Source of the DNA: Rebecca billardiae RCC1528
Taxonomy: Eukaryota; Protista; Haptophyta
Assembly: GCA_965240325.2 (NCBI GenBank)
Contig: OZ251236.1
Span: 1,674,001 to 1,738,000, forward strand
Length of the DNA stretch: 64,000 bases
Reading direction: 5' to 3'
Shown: piece by piece, positions 24,599 to 36,600 of the stretch
Numbering within the stretch: the stretch's first letter is position 1
Layout: each line of letters begins with the position of its first letter
The notes under the pieces: model-generated
Seen by the model: only the letters and a program-made list of their open reading frames with translations
The model's database searches: none
What the model was told of the DNA's origin: nothing
Translations under genes and position numbers: made by a program

Positions 24599-25207
24599 TC
24601 ACTTCTTGTTCGCGGCGATCACCTTGGCGCGCACAGCCTGGATCTCCGGCATGACGCCCTCAGCGAACGCATTCAGCGCCTTGCGACGTGCTCGGGCGCC
24701 ATCGCGCTCGGCGCCCTCCTCCAGGTCACCCACGGAGACCGTGTCGATCACTCCCTGGAGCTTGCCAACCATCCCGTTGATCGAGGAGATCACCTGCAGC
24801 TCCACCTTCTCCGAGTGCGAGAGCGATCCTTCCACCTCCGCAATCGTCTCCTTGATCTTTGCCTGGATGGCCTCGGCCTGGCGGAGCAGGGCGAGCGGCT
24901 CACTCTCGGCGGGGGGAGCATCCTCCTTGGGAGGCGGGGGAGCCGTGTCAGGCTTCTCCTCCGCCTGCGGTCCCCCCGTCGCGGCCTCCGCCGCCTCGCG
25001 CGCCTGTCGCTGCGCGCGCTTGGCAGCCTTCAGCTTTTCGATCTCGGAGCGCGAGTCGTCCGCAACGGGCGGCTGCTGTGGCGCTGAGCTTTTGTTGGCA
25101 GCTGCCTCGGCTGCAGCGGCTGGCCCAGAGCCCTTCGTGCCCGGCCGGCTACCCCCCTCCTCGTCGTCGGACGAGCCGATGTGGTCGAACTTGCTGTAGT
25201 CCACCAT
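24599..25207 (-). CDS. Co-chaperone-like protein: Cdc37-type N-terminal DYSKFDHI-SDDE motif plus a C-terminal BAG-like helical bundle
   Basis: Starts MVDYSKFDHIGSSDDEE. The C-terminal IDTVSVGDL...ARARRKALNA resembles BAG helices 2-3. Confidence 0.7.
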   Translation of the reverse strand: MVDYSKFDHIGSSDDEEGGSRPGTKGSGPAAAAEAAANKSSAPQQPPVADDSRSEIEKLKAAKRAQRQAREAAEAATGGPQAEEKPDTAPPPPKEDAPPAESEPLALLRQAEAIQAKIKETIAEVEGSLSHSEKVELQVISSINGMVGKLQGVIDTVSVGDLEEGAERDGARARRKALNAFAEGVMPEIQAVRAKVIAANKK

Positions 25208-25435
25208 GGGCGTTTGCGTCGGCGGGCTGTTGGGCGGGCCTGCGATGAAGCTGGTTTCTTGGTCGTCGTCCACGTTCCAGGCGAACTTTCAACCGCCGCT
25301 GCGAGTGATACTACTGAAAACGTTACTGTCCAGACAGTCCAGTACTTTAGTACTAGTATGTATCGTCTGTACTGGTAACTCTGGGCAACATCCAGCATGG
25401 CGCCGAAGATGGCTTCCGAGTGAGGCTTCAGCCCG

Positions 25436-26254
25436 ATGATGCCGTGGCTTGCGGGGGTTCTGGCGGCGTTGGGCCTCGTCGCCGGCGCGACGTACTTTCT
25501 CGTCTTCGTCGTGCGTGAGCGCGAGATCGTCGTGCTGGACAGCGCCGTCCGCGGCACCTTCTCGCGCGTGCTCGACGCGCCTGGGCTGCACGTGCGCGCG
25601 CCGTGGGAGCGCGCGCGCCGCTTTGAGTGGGAGCTGCCGAGAGCTGGGGGCCGCACGCAGCGCAGGCACGGCTACAGGCTGTCCACCAGCCTGGACACTC
25701 TCGACATCCCCGCCGTGCTCGTCTCCAGCGCAGACCACGTCCAGCTGCAGCTGCTGGCCGTGCTGCTGTACCAGGTGGCCGATGGGCGCGCGCTCGCCGT
25801 GCACCCCGCCCGGCATGGGGGGCGCGGCGCGAACTTGTTCGCCCTGCTCGCGGCGGATACCCAGCAAGCGCTCGAGCTATGTGCGGCGCGCCTGCCCTTC
25901 GAGCGGCTCGTTCTTCTCGCCGAGCTGAACAGGGACGTCCACGCACGGCTCGCCGAGCGCATGCGCGGGTACGGCCTGCGGCTCGAGGCGGTGCACTGCG
26001 CGCTGCACGAGCTCCCGCTCCGCGCAGAGGCCGGTGGTGCGGCAATCTCCGGCACCGGCGACGAGACAGGCGTCGCGGCACTGACTCGAGCGGAACGTCT
26101 GCGCGCGGACGCCACGGCAGGCGCGCGCGCCGCCGCGCCGCCAGCCACGCTCTCCGATCCCAGCGGCAATCCTGCCGGCGACGCGGCCGCTCGGCTCGCA
26201 GGCGGCTCCGCCGTGCGCCAGAGGCCCGAGCACGCGCGTGCCGCCCGCACATGA
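25436..26254 (+). CDS. SPFH/Band-7 domain-like membrane protein
   Basis: N-terminal TM followed by VVREREIVVL..G.FSRVLDAPGLHVRAPW, SADHVQL..LLYQV.D and YGLRLEAV, the stomatin/prohibitin pattern. Confidence 0.75.
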   Translation: MMPWLAGVLAALGLVAGATYFLVFVVREREIVVLDSAVRGTFSRVLDAPGLHVRAPWERARRFEWELPRAGGRTQRRHGYRLSTSLDTLDIPAVLVSSADHVQLQLLAVLLYQVADGRALAVHPARHGGRGANLFALLAADTQQALELCAARLPFERLVLLAELNRDVHARLAERMRGYGLRLEAVHCALHELPLRAEAGGAAISGTGDETGVAALTRAERLRADATAGARAAAPPATLSDPSGNPAGDAAARLAGGSAVRQRPEHARAART

Positions 26255-26442
26255 TGATGACGGCGTCGACGACGACCGCGCCGCGGGAGCTGCGGCCCGA
26301 AGTGTCTAGCGGAGAGTGGCATTGGACGCTCAGGGCTATTCACTTACCGCCGTCAGTCACTCGCGGCCCAGAATAACGCCATTGGGTCTGGGACGTAGCA
26401 GTGCGACGTGAAAGCCAAGGTTTGAGTTCTGCCGTACCGTTG

Positions 26443-27180
26443 CCAACCGGTCCAGACCTCAGGATTATCCTTAACCTGCACGCCAGTGGGCGGCCCAGGT
26501 TAAGGGTTTCGTCAGGTGCGCGCGCTGTGGCGGACGCTCCCGCCGCCACCTCGCTCTCGCCTTCCGCCGCCAGGGCGAGGCCGCGCGAAGTCCAGTAGAT
26601 CTTCCGATGGGACGCAGCGGGGCGGTAGCGAAGCGGTGAACTACTGTCGCTTGCGCGTGGCGCAGCGCTTCGCGCCCTCGCACCTCGACGGTCAGCTGCA
26701 GGCCCGCGCGAGCGCGAGCCGGTGTGCCGCCGCCACATTCAGCCAGAGACATGCCGCGCCTTGCCTGCCGAGGCAGCGAAGAGGCACGCACGTGAAGCCG
26801 CTGGGCGCCATGGCGCGCGCCCATGACCGTACTGTCACATGGCTCACGCCGTCCTGGGATGCGCGCCTCGGGTTGCGCTCAGCGCGCGCATACTTTGCGG
26901 GGACGACAGCACGGCTGAAGCCGAGAGGCGGCGCACACGCCCGTGCGGGCTCAAGGCGCCGAGAAGATGGTCAGACGCGAGTTGCCCGGCGCAGGGCGGC
27001 GCAGAAAGGCCCTATGCCTCTGCCCGACCGCGTGCGCCATCGCCGCGTGCACGTCTACGACCGCGGCGGCGCGGCAGCGGGCGGCGCCTCGCGGCGGATG
27101 GCTGTGGCGGGCGCACGCGGCGGGTTTTGAATTTTTCTCATTTTCCGAGTTTCCCAAATCCTGAGGTCTGGACCGGTTGG
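26443..27180. mobile_element. MITE (~740 bp) with 24-bp perfect TIRs
   Basis: CCAACCGGTCCAGACCTCAGGATT (26443-26466) is inverted at 27157-27180. Flanks gTACcGTTg / cTACtGTTc look like a decayed TSD. Confidence 0.8.
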
Positions 27181-27508
27181 CTACTGTTCAATCTCGCCTG
27201 CCTGAGTTGTGTGCGTCTCTTATTCTTAGTAAACTGTAACACAGGCCACAGTCTGCCCAGTCACTGTCGACTCGGTGCCCCGAATCCCGTGATGGCAGCC
27301 ATGGTTCCGCCGTCAGTTTTGTCGTCGGCGCGGGCGATTTCAGATTCGCGCGGAAGCCACTCGAACGAGTGCTCGCGACTTCGCGAGATTCGTCGTCGAA
27401 AAACGCGTGCAAAGCTCGTGACGAAGCGCTTCTTGCGGGACCGTCATCGTCCCAGGCGCTTCGGCCTGAAACCACGTGCTCGGGTGCGAACGTTTGCCGA
27501 GGACAATC

Positions 27509-30270
27509 ATGCTGACGTCATTGTCCGCCAAGCTCGTCGGAGTCGTCGCCGTCGCGTGCGCCTCGTTGCTCGCCGTCCCGTCGGACGCATGCACCGCCAT
27601 CGGCGTGGGTCGGCGCGCGTCTGACGACGGCAGCGTGATGGTCGCGCACACGGACGACTCGGGCGGCATGGGCGACAACCGTCTCGTGCGCGTGCCGGCG
27701 CGCTCCTACCCGGAGGGGGCGATGCGCCCCGTGTACCTCTCTGTCGCCGACCACCCGCGCATGATCGCGCCCGAGCGAGCCGACGGGTACGCCCCGAAGG
27801 ACGCGCAGCAGGCCAACCTCTCCTGGGCCACGCCCATCGGGTACGTGCCGCAGGTGGGCCACACGTTCGCGTACTGGGACGTGGACTACGGGCTCGGGAA
27901 CGAGCACGGGCTGGTGATGGGCGAGACCACGTGCTCCGGGCGGTGGAATGCGGTGCGTGCGGCGCAACGCGCCGGCCCGGCGCGTGCGCGCACGCCGCCG
28001 CCGCCGCGCATGCTCGGCTGACGCGCGCGCCCGCGCGCGCGCCTGCGCCGCCGCCCGCTCTGCGCGCCGACCGTGCGCTTCGGCAGGCGCCCATCGGCCT
28101 GCCCAACGGCACCGCGCTCTTCGGGATCGAGGAGCTGTCCAAGATCGCGCTGGAGCGCTGCAAGACCGCGCGCTGCGCCGTGAGCACGATGGGCGCCCTC
28201 GCCGAGGAGTACGGCTACTACGGCGGCAACGGGCACCTGGGCGGCATGCAGCCGTGGCCGGGCACGCTGGCGGACGAGGAGGGCGAGGCGATGGTGGTGG
28301 GCGACGCGGAGGGCGAGCTGTGGGTGTTCCACGTGCTCCCTGGGCCGAACGGCGGCGCGGTGCGCGCCGCGCGCGAGGGCGGCTGACGGCGCCGCGCGTG
28401 CCGCCTGCCCGCCGCGCCGGGGCCGCGCGCGCCGTCGCTGAGGCCCCTGGCACGGCGCGCGCGCCCGCGCCACGCGACGCGGCTCCCGCCCCGCGGCGCC
28501 GCCCCCTCCGCCTCCGCGCGGCCGCGCAGGTGTGGGCGGCGCAGCGCATGCCGGAGGACACGGTGGTCGTGGTGGCGAACATGTTCGTCATCCGCGAGAT
28601 GAACCTGACCGACTCCTCGACGTTCCTCGCGTCGAAGGGCATCGAGGAGCTCGCGGCGTCGCTGCAGCTGTGCAAGGGGGCGTTCGACTTCACCGAGGCC
28701 TTCTCGGGGGACTTCAAGGCGCGCACGCGCTTCGACGAGCTGATCGACGCGTTCTACACCGGGCGGCGCGTCTGGCGCATCTTCGACCTGCTCGCGCCCT
28801 CGCTGCGCCTCGACCCCGACCTCGGCGTGAGCCAGGCGCGCCGGCTGTACCCGCTGGGCGTTGTGCCCGAGGCGCCTCTGGGCGTGGACGGGCTGCTCGC
28901 CATCCTGCGAGACCACTTCGAGGGCACGGACTACGACCTGACCAAGGGGCCCGGCGCGGGGCCGTACGGCACGGTGCGCGCCCCGCCGCGCCGCGGAGCC
29001 CGCCGCGTCGGCGCGGCGCGCGCGCGCAGACCCCGGCTGCTGCGCCGCGCCTGACCCCCGCCCCTGCCCGCCCCTGCGCGCCCCTCCCGCCCCTGCCCGC
29101 CCGCCCGCCTCTCTCTCTCGCGCGCGCGCGCGGCCGCAGCCCAACCGGTGGGACGGCCGCGGCGGCGAGCGCGAGGTGAACACCGGCGCGTGGGAGCGCG
29201 GCATCAGCATCCACCGCACCATCTTCTCCTTTGTCGCGCAGGCGCGGCCATCTCAGCCGCAGGAGCTGAAGGGCCGCGTGTGGTTCGGGGAGGACACGCC
29301 GCACGCCACGTGCTACTGGCCCTTCTGGCTCTCGCAGACCTCGCTGCCGGCCGCGTACACGGAGGGGAGCCAGGCGGTCTTCGACATGCACAAGAACGCG
29401 TGGTGGGCGTCGAACGCGGTGAAGCGCGTGATGGACCTCAACTACGACCGCGCCGCGCCGATCGTCGCGGGCGCGCAGGCCGAGTGCGAGCGCGCGGGCC
29501 GCGAGGCGGCGGAGAGCGCCGAGCAGCAGGCGAGGGCGACGCTCGCCGCGGTCGGCGCGTCGGGGCCGTCCGCCCTCCTGCCCTCGGCCGTGGCGTACGC
29601 CTCGGCGGGCGAGGCGAGCGCCGCGGCGAGCCGCGTGCTCGAGGCCGCGTCCCACGCCAACGCCAAGGCCGCGCACGCGCGCTGGGTCCGCCTTTTTGGC
29701 GAGCTGATGGTGCGCTTCAAGAACGGGTACGAGAATTCAGTGCTGCTGCCGGGCAGCACGGTGCACGAGGACAACATCGGCTACCCCGCGTGGTGGCTGC
29801 GCGAGGTGGGGTACGGCGGCTGGCAGGAGTGGGTGGACGCGCGGCAGCAGCGCGCGCTCGCCGCGTTTGAGAAGGCGGGGCAGCGCGTCGACGCGTTCCC
29901 ACAGACACCCGAGCGCGGCGCCGGCGACGCCGCGCTGCCTTCCCTCCGGGCCGCGCGCGGCGCGAGCGAGCGCCCGGCCGCGCCGTGGTGGCGGCCGGGC
30001 GCGGACCCCGCGCGCGCGGGCCGGGCGGCGCAGGGCTCGGTGGGGCTGCTGGCCGTGGCCGCGTGCAGCGCCAGCTCCTTCGCCCTGGGCGCCCTCGCCA
30101 CGTGGCTGCTCGTGGTGCGCGCCGGCGCACGCCGCTCGGCTGGCCCCTCCCGCGCCGCGCCGTGGCGCGGGCAGCGCTGGCCGAGCAGCGTCGAGGCCGC
30201 CCTCCTCGCGCCGGACGAGGCTGCGCAGCTCGAGCGCGCGGCCCAGCAGCCGGCTGTCGCGCCGAGCTGA
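27509..30270 (+). CDS. Peptidase C69 (secernin/dipeptidase, Ntn hydrolase) with signal peptide and C-terminal TM; introns 27953-28086, 28360-28529, 28974-29139
   Basis: Signal peptide then DA|CTAIGVG (N-terminal Cys nucleophile), NEHGLVMGETT, VWAAQR, RDHFEGT, PNRW, ERGIS and GYPAWWL. All three introns are GT-AG and frame-consistent. Confidence 0.92.
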
Positions 30271-30632
30271 TGGCCACCACCCGGCGCTACCGGCGAGCGC
30301 GCAGCCGGTGGCATGCCAGGCTGGAGCGCGTCGTCCTCCTGCCCCGGAGTGTCACGGCACTAGGCCTAGTCGTAGCAGTACAGTAGCAGTGACATTCATC
30401 GTCCGCGAGATGAGTAGCAGCAGGAGCTGCTTTAGGCTTAGCCTTCAGCTATACTACTACGTACTGTAACTTAAGCTGGCAGCTGGCGGTGCTAGAGTCT
30501 ACTGCTGGCATCAGTCGTATAGCAGCTAGCACTGCTACTACTCAATATAGTATAGCAGCACGGCGCGCTGAACGCAGGCTGACAGCGCAGCGGGCGAGCG
30601 GCAGTTGCGCGACAGAATCACTACGGCGCTCA

Positions 30633-33600
30633 TCAGCCCGTGATCTTGCTTGTCATGTGCACGACCGTCGCGACGCTCGTCGCGAGCAGCTCGTTGATCA
30701 CCTCGCCCGTCGCGCCGCCCTGCGAGAGCAGCTTGTCAAAGAGGAAGGGCAGCAGCACGATGAGCGCGAGCAGGATGGGCTCCTCCAGCCCGAGCGTCTG
30801 CACCTCCGAGAAGGCCCAGCCGAAGAGCAGGAAGCGCGTCTGCTGCGGGCCGAAGAGCAGCGCGTACGAGGTGGAGAGCAGCGCGAGCGCCGTGAAGATG
30901 GCCCACTGCAGCAGCCACGCGACGCCCAGCCGCACGCGCGGCGGCAGCGTGAGCGCGCGCTTGAGCGAGTGCAGCTTGCCCCGCCAGCCGATCCGTTGCT
31001 GCGCCTCGTGCAGCGCCTGCTCCTCCACCATGCCGTCGTACCAGCGCACGAGCTCGGCGAACGAGATCGAGCCGTCCGAGTCGACGTCGAGCTCGCGCGC
31101 GAGCGACTGCACGCGCGTGCGCCGCAGCCGGAAGCCGAGCGCGTCGATCAGCACGCCAAACTCGGCGTGGTCGATCGTCCCGTTGCCGTCCGCGTCGTAC
31201 AGCCGGAACTTGGCGCGCAGCAGCTCGAGCGTCTCGGGGTCGAGCGAGTGCTCGCCCACGGCCTCGAGCTCGGCGCCGCCATCATCGCCGCCCGAGCGCG
31301 CCGGCGGATCAGCCGACGGCGCAGGCGGGGCCGGTGCGACGGTGGCGGCGCGGAAGGCGCGCGGCGGAGGCGACGGGCGTGACTGCGGCGGCGAGGGCGG
31401 CGGCGAGGGCATGGTGCCGCCGCTGGGACCATCGCTCGCTGCGCTCCCCCCGGGGCTCGGCCCGATGGTCGGGGGCATGCGCACGCTCGCGCTGCTGCGC
31501 GCGGCGCCAGCCTCGGCGGCCTGCGCGCCCGCGCCGGCAGCGTCTGCGATCCACGCGCCCACGGCCGGCCGGCCGCTGCCGCCGCCGCTGCTCGTGCGCG
31601 TCGAGGACGGGCGCGAGTGCGGCCGGCTGGGCGGCCCGCTCGAGCCGTGGGCCTCTGGCTCGACTTGGGCAACGTGCGCGCGCGGCGCGACCACGCCCTG
31701 CGAGGAGTGCCGCTGCCTCGGCGGCCCACCGCTCGGCCCCGCGCCCGACGCGCCTGGCGGCATCGAGCGGCTCGAGCGAGGCGAGTCGTCGTCGCACCCG
31801 CTGTCGGGGGTGGCGTTTCCGGCGGGGACGCTGAGGGCGCTGGCGCCGGCCGAGGCGAGCGGCACCACCTCGGTGGCCGTGCGCTGGACGCCGCGCCGCG
31901 CGCCGCCCGCCGGCCAGTCGCGCAGCCTGCGGCCGGCGGTGGGCAGCGGCACCGGCCGCGGGGCGACCAGCTCGCGCACGCTGCGCAGGTCCTCCACGCC
32001 CAGGCTGCAGCCGGCCGAGGACCTGCGCTCGAGCTGGCTGCGCAGCGCGTCCGCGCGGTGGGTCGGGGACTTGGGCGTGTACCCGGTGGGAGTCTGCCCA
32101 GCCGCGCGCAGCTCGAGCTCGGTCGCCGTCTCGGGGGGCAGCCGCGAGCCTGGGCGGGCGCTGCCAGTCCGCCGCGCGACCGCGCCGCCCACAACCTCGA
32201 TCTGAGGCGAGGTGGGCGCCGGCGCGGCGGCAGCGGCCGGGAGCCTGGCGCCGGGCGGGGGCGTGGCCGGCGGCGCAGGCCTCGTCCGCACGGCCGGCCG
32301 CTCCCAGCTGGGCACGGGCTGCGTGGTCGCGCCATCGTCGGCGTACTCCGACGTCTTAGCCACGGACGTGCGCCGCCAGAACGAGCCGTCCGACTCGGGC
32401 GCGGGCGGGCGCTCTGCGGTGGCGGAGCGCGGGCGCGTCTCCTCGTAGGCAGAGCCGCGCCGACCGACCGCTCCGGCGACCTCGGCTGGCTGCGGCGACG
32501 CGTCGGCGCGCTGCGCCGCCCCAGGGGCCGCGTCCGGCGGGGGCGGGGGCTTGGACGGCGGCGCGGGCGTCGCGGACTCGGCCGCGGCCTCCGGCGCGGC
32601 GTGCGCGGCCCCTGCCGCCGCAGAAGCGCGGAGCACGAGCATGCCCAGCGCGCTCGTCGGCGCCGCGCCGCCGCTGCCCTGGCCGAGGGCTGCGTCGCGC
32701 AGCCGGGCCTTGCGCGCCATGCTGCGCGTCAGCCTCGACTGCACAACCTCGGCTGCGGGCGCGCCCGTCTCCTCCGCCTCGCGCATCAGGCCGTCCGCCT
32801 GCCGACGCACCGAGCGCGCAAACACCGTCTTCTTCTGCGATCTCGTCGACATCTCGGCCTTGAGAAAGGCCGCAAACACGCGCTTCGAGACGGGCGCCGC
32901 CCTGCGGCCGTACCCCCAGCGGAAGAGGAGCCGAAAGAGCGCGAGCGCGGGCGCGGTGAGCGCGGCGGTGAGCAGCGCGGTCATGATCGCGTGGATCAGG
33001 TTGACCGACGCGGACGAGCCCTCGGGCGGCGCGGACGTGGAGTGCAGCATGCACGAGAGCAGCAGCCCGAGCATCGCCACGCTCCAGAAGATCTGCGCCA
33101 GCTCGGCGCGCTTCGAGTCCTCAGCGTCGGCAAACCAGATGCCGAGGACGGTGTGGTCGGTCTGCAGCTTGAGCAGCACGCGGCGCAGCAGCGCCGTCAC
33201 CATGTGGTCGCCCGGCCGGTCCTTCCGCCCCTCCTTCCGCGCGAGCACGTCGGAGAAGACCTCGGTGTATGCCGCGCGCGCCGTGCGGCCGCGCGCGTAC
33301 TTCTGCATCGTGAGTGCCGCGCGCCGCTTCGTCTCGTCCATCAGGTCGTCGAGCGCGTCGAGCCGCGCCTCGAGCTTGTCCGCGAGGTCCTTCGCGGTCT
33401 CCTCGTCGAGCCTGCCCGACTCGCGCGCGACGCGCTCGGCGGCGGAGAGCTCCGGCTCGGAGGCGGCCGCCTTCCCCTCGAGCAGCTGGCTGATCCGCTG
33501 CTTGCGCTGCCGCGCGTCGTACGCGTCCCGCGCGCCGAACGCGAGCAGCGAGAGCGCGCAGCCACCCGCCATGCTCAGGATGGTGACGAAGATGTACGGG

Positions 33601-36600
33601 CTGGACTCGAAGGTGATGGGCGCGGCGAGGGAGGCGGTGGCCTCCTCCGCGCTCAGCGTGTTGATGTTGAAGCTCTGCACGTCATCCGCCGCCTCGTCGG
33701 GCGTGGCGGGCACGGACACGCCCGCAAAGTCGGTCAGGTGCGTGCACGCGCAGTAGCGCGCAGGCGAGCCGTCGTCCGCACGCGCGACCACCGTCTCGCA
33801 GCCGTCGTCGAGCCACGCGCTCGCGCCCTCGTCCCACCACACGCAGCCCCACTCGCCCGCGCCGCCCGCGCCGTCGAGCCCGGGCACCTCGATCAGCACG
33901 CGCCCGTCGTCCGGCAGGTCGGAGATGGTGAGCGCCAGCCCGGCCGACGCCGAGTAGAGCGTGACGGAGAAGACGGGCGTCACCAGCCCCGACGCCACGG
34001 CCGTGCCATTCGCCTGCGTGGACGGGTCGCCGTGCACGTTGCGCGCCGAGGACCAGAGCACGACGTCGACGCCGCCCTCGAGCAGCTCGAGCGGCACGCC
34101 GCCGAACACGCTCGCCGGCACGCCCACCGAGCCCGCGCCGCCCGGCCCGGGCAGCGTGATGTTGCCGAGCGCGCCCGCGTCCGCGCGCGTCGCGCTCACG
34201 TTGATGGCCTTGCCCACGGCCTCGAAGGGCGCCTCGCCCGGCACGGCGCCGGCGAGCAGCGCGATGGCGAGCGCGCCCACCGCGCTCGTCGCCGCTCCGC
34301 CCACGGCCTCCGCCTCCGCCGCGCTCAGCGGCGCGTCGGCGTCGGTGTCGGCGGAGAGCGCCGCGTCCGCCGCGCGCAGCAGCGCGGCCGCGGTCGGTCC
34401 GTCGACGCCCGACGCGGCCGACTGCGACGCAAGGGCGGCGACCTGCTCGAGGCCCGCGGTCTGCGCGGAGGCGTCGAACGCGCCGGGCGGCGCGGATTCG
34501 AGCACGGCGGCGAGCGCGGACGCGCTCGCCGCGCGCGCCTCAGCGGTCGGCGCGGACGCCTCCGCCGCGCCCGCCGTGAGCTCGAGCAGCCGAGCGAGCG
34601 TGGCCGAGGCGACGGTGGCGTTGTCGCCGCCCGCGGGCGTCGCGTCGAGCGCGTCGGCGAGGGCGCTCACGAGCTGCGTGGCGGTCTCGGCCGCGCCCGT
34701 CGCGACCGCGGCGTACGCGCGCGTGAGCACCGAGTCGAGTAGCCCCGCGCCCTCGCCGGGCGGCGCGACGGCCACGGCCGTGTGCGCGTGCGCCGCGCCG
34801 CCGAGCGCGTCTGCCACCGTGACGGTGAGCGTGCGGTTGCCCGCGGGGAGAAGCGCGCTCGCCGAGGCGGAGGCGGAGGCGGCGCCGAGCGCGGCGACGT
34901 CGGCGGCGGCGGCGCCGAGCGGCGCGTGCGAGAACGCGTAGCTCAGCGGCAGGTCCTCCTCGTCGTCCTCCGCCCACCCCGCCGCGTACAGCGCAAAGCT
35001 CGTCTGCAGCGCCACGCCCGACGCCGGCGCCACCTCGAGCCCTCCGCCGTACGGCGGCCGATTGATCGTGACGCGCACCTCCGTGTACGCGGGCTGCGCG
35101 CCGCCGAGCACGGCGAGGCGGAATGCGTACGTCGCACCGGGCGCGAGCGCGCCGCTGCGGATCGCGACCGTGCGCAGTGCCGCGCCCGTCGTGGTCACCC
35201 GCTCGCTGTCCGCGAGGTCGAGACCGGCGGGCTCGAGCGCGCCGGCCGCGCCCACGCGCCGCGCGCTCCACTCGTAGCTGAAGCGCGCCTGCCCCGCCGC
35301 CTCGAGCGCGCGCGAGGCGGCGTCCAGGCGCGCGTTAATAGTCAGCCGCTCGGGGTTCCGGTCGAACACCGCCGGCCACTTGCGCCGCCCGAGCGGCTCG
35401 AAGCCGAGCGTGGGCACCGCGCCCGGCACCGCCTCGACCGTCACCGACGCGGCCGCGGGCGCGCGGCCGGGCGCGGACACGCGCACGGTGAGCGCGTACA
35501 CGCCCGGCGGCAGCGTGCCGGGCGCAAGCTCGAAGAGCGCGCCGCTTGCGTTCGCCGCGGACGGCTCGAGAGCCACCGGCTCGAGCGAGCTCGCGTTCGC
35601 CACGCTCCACGCGAACGACAGCGGCGGCATGCCGCCGTCGCCGCCGTCGGCCGTCGGCGCATCGGGGTCGAATGACGCGGAGGCGTCGACGGCGAGGCGC
35701 AGCGAGCTCGGCACGCGGCGGTCGCCGCCGGCGATCACCGCGCGCAGCGGCTGCCGCGCGACGCGCACGCGCACGCGTGCCGTCGACGCCTGCGCGGGTG
35801 CCGCCGCCATCCTCGCCGTGAGCGCCAGGTCGTACGCCCAGCCGGCGGCCAGCGAGTGCGGCGGCAGCTGCAGCACCGCGGTGCGCGCGGACGCGAGGCG
35901 CGCGAGCAGCACGTCCGTCGCGGCGGCGAGCTCGCCGGCGGAGGCGCTGCTGCTCGCGTTCGCGCCGCCGCCCACCTGCGCCGCGCCCTCGAGCGCCCAG
36001 CTGAACACCATCGCCGGCTCGAAGCTCGGCGGCCAGCACGGCGCGAGCTCCGCGCGCCCGCTCAGCAGCGTGGGCTCGGAGGCGCGCGCGCGCAGCTCGG
36101 GCGCGCCGTCGATGGCGAGGATCGGGCTGGCGCCGTCGCCGCGCGACACGGGCCACTCGGCGGGCGCGGAGGGCACGCCGAGGAACGACGTGACGCGCAG
36201 CACGAACACGAACGAGCCGCTCACGCCGAGCTCGGTCGGCGAGGCCGCACCGGGCCCGCCGAGCGAGAGCTGAGGCGTGCGCGCCGGCAGCGCGCTCAGC
36301 CGCGCGTTGAGCGACGCCGCGCGCGCCGAGCGGCTCGGGTCGACGCGCCACTCAAAGGCGGGCGGCCCGATGCCGCCGCGCGATGAGGCGGAGCCGTCGA
36401 GCGCGAGCGACGCGCCCGGGCACGCCGAGAGCACCGCCGGGCCCGACACGGCTGCGACAGGCGTCGGGCACGGCACGCCCTCGCCGCACGGCGCGTCCGC
36501 GTCGATGGCGGCGCGCGCGGCGGCGGAGGCGAGGGCGGCGGCGCACGGCGTGCCGCACTGCTCGGGGCGCAGCGCGCCCGCGCGCACGCCCACCTCCGAG

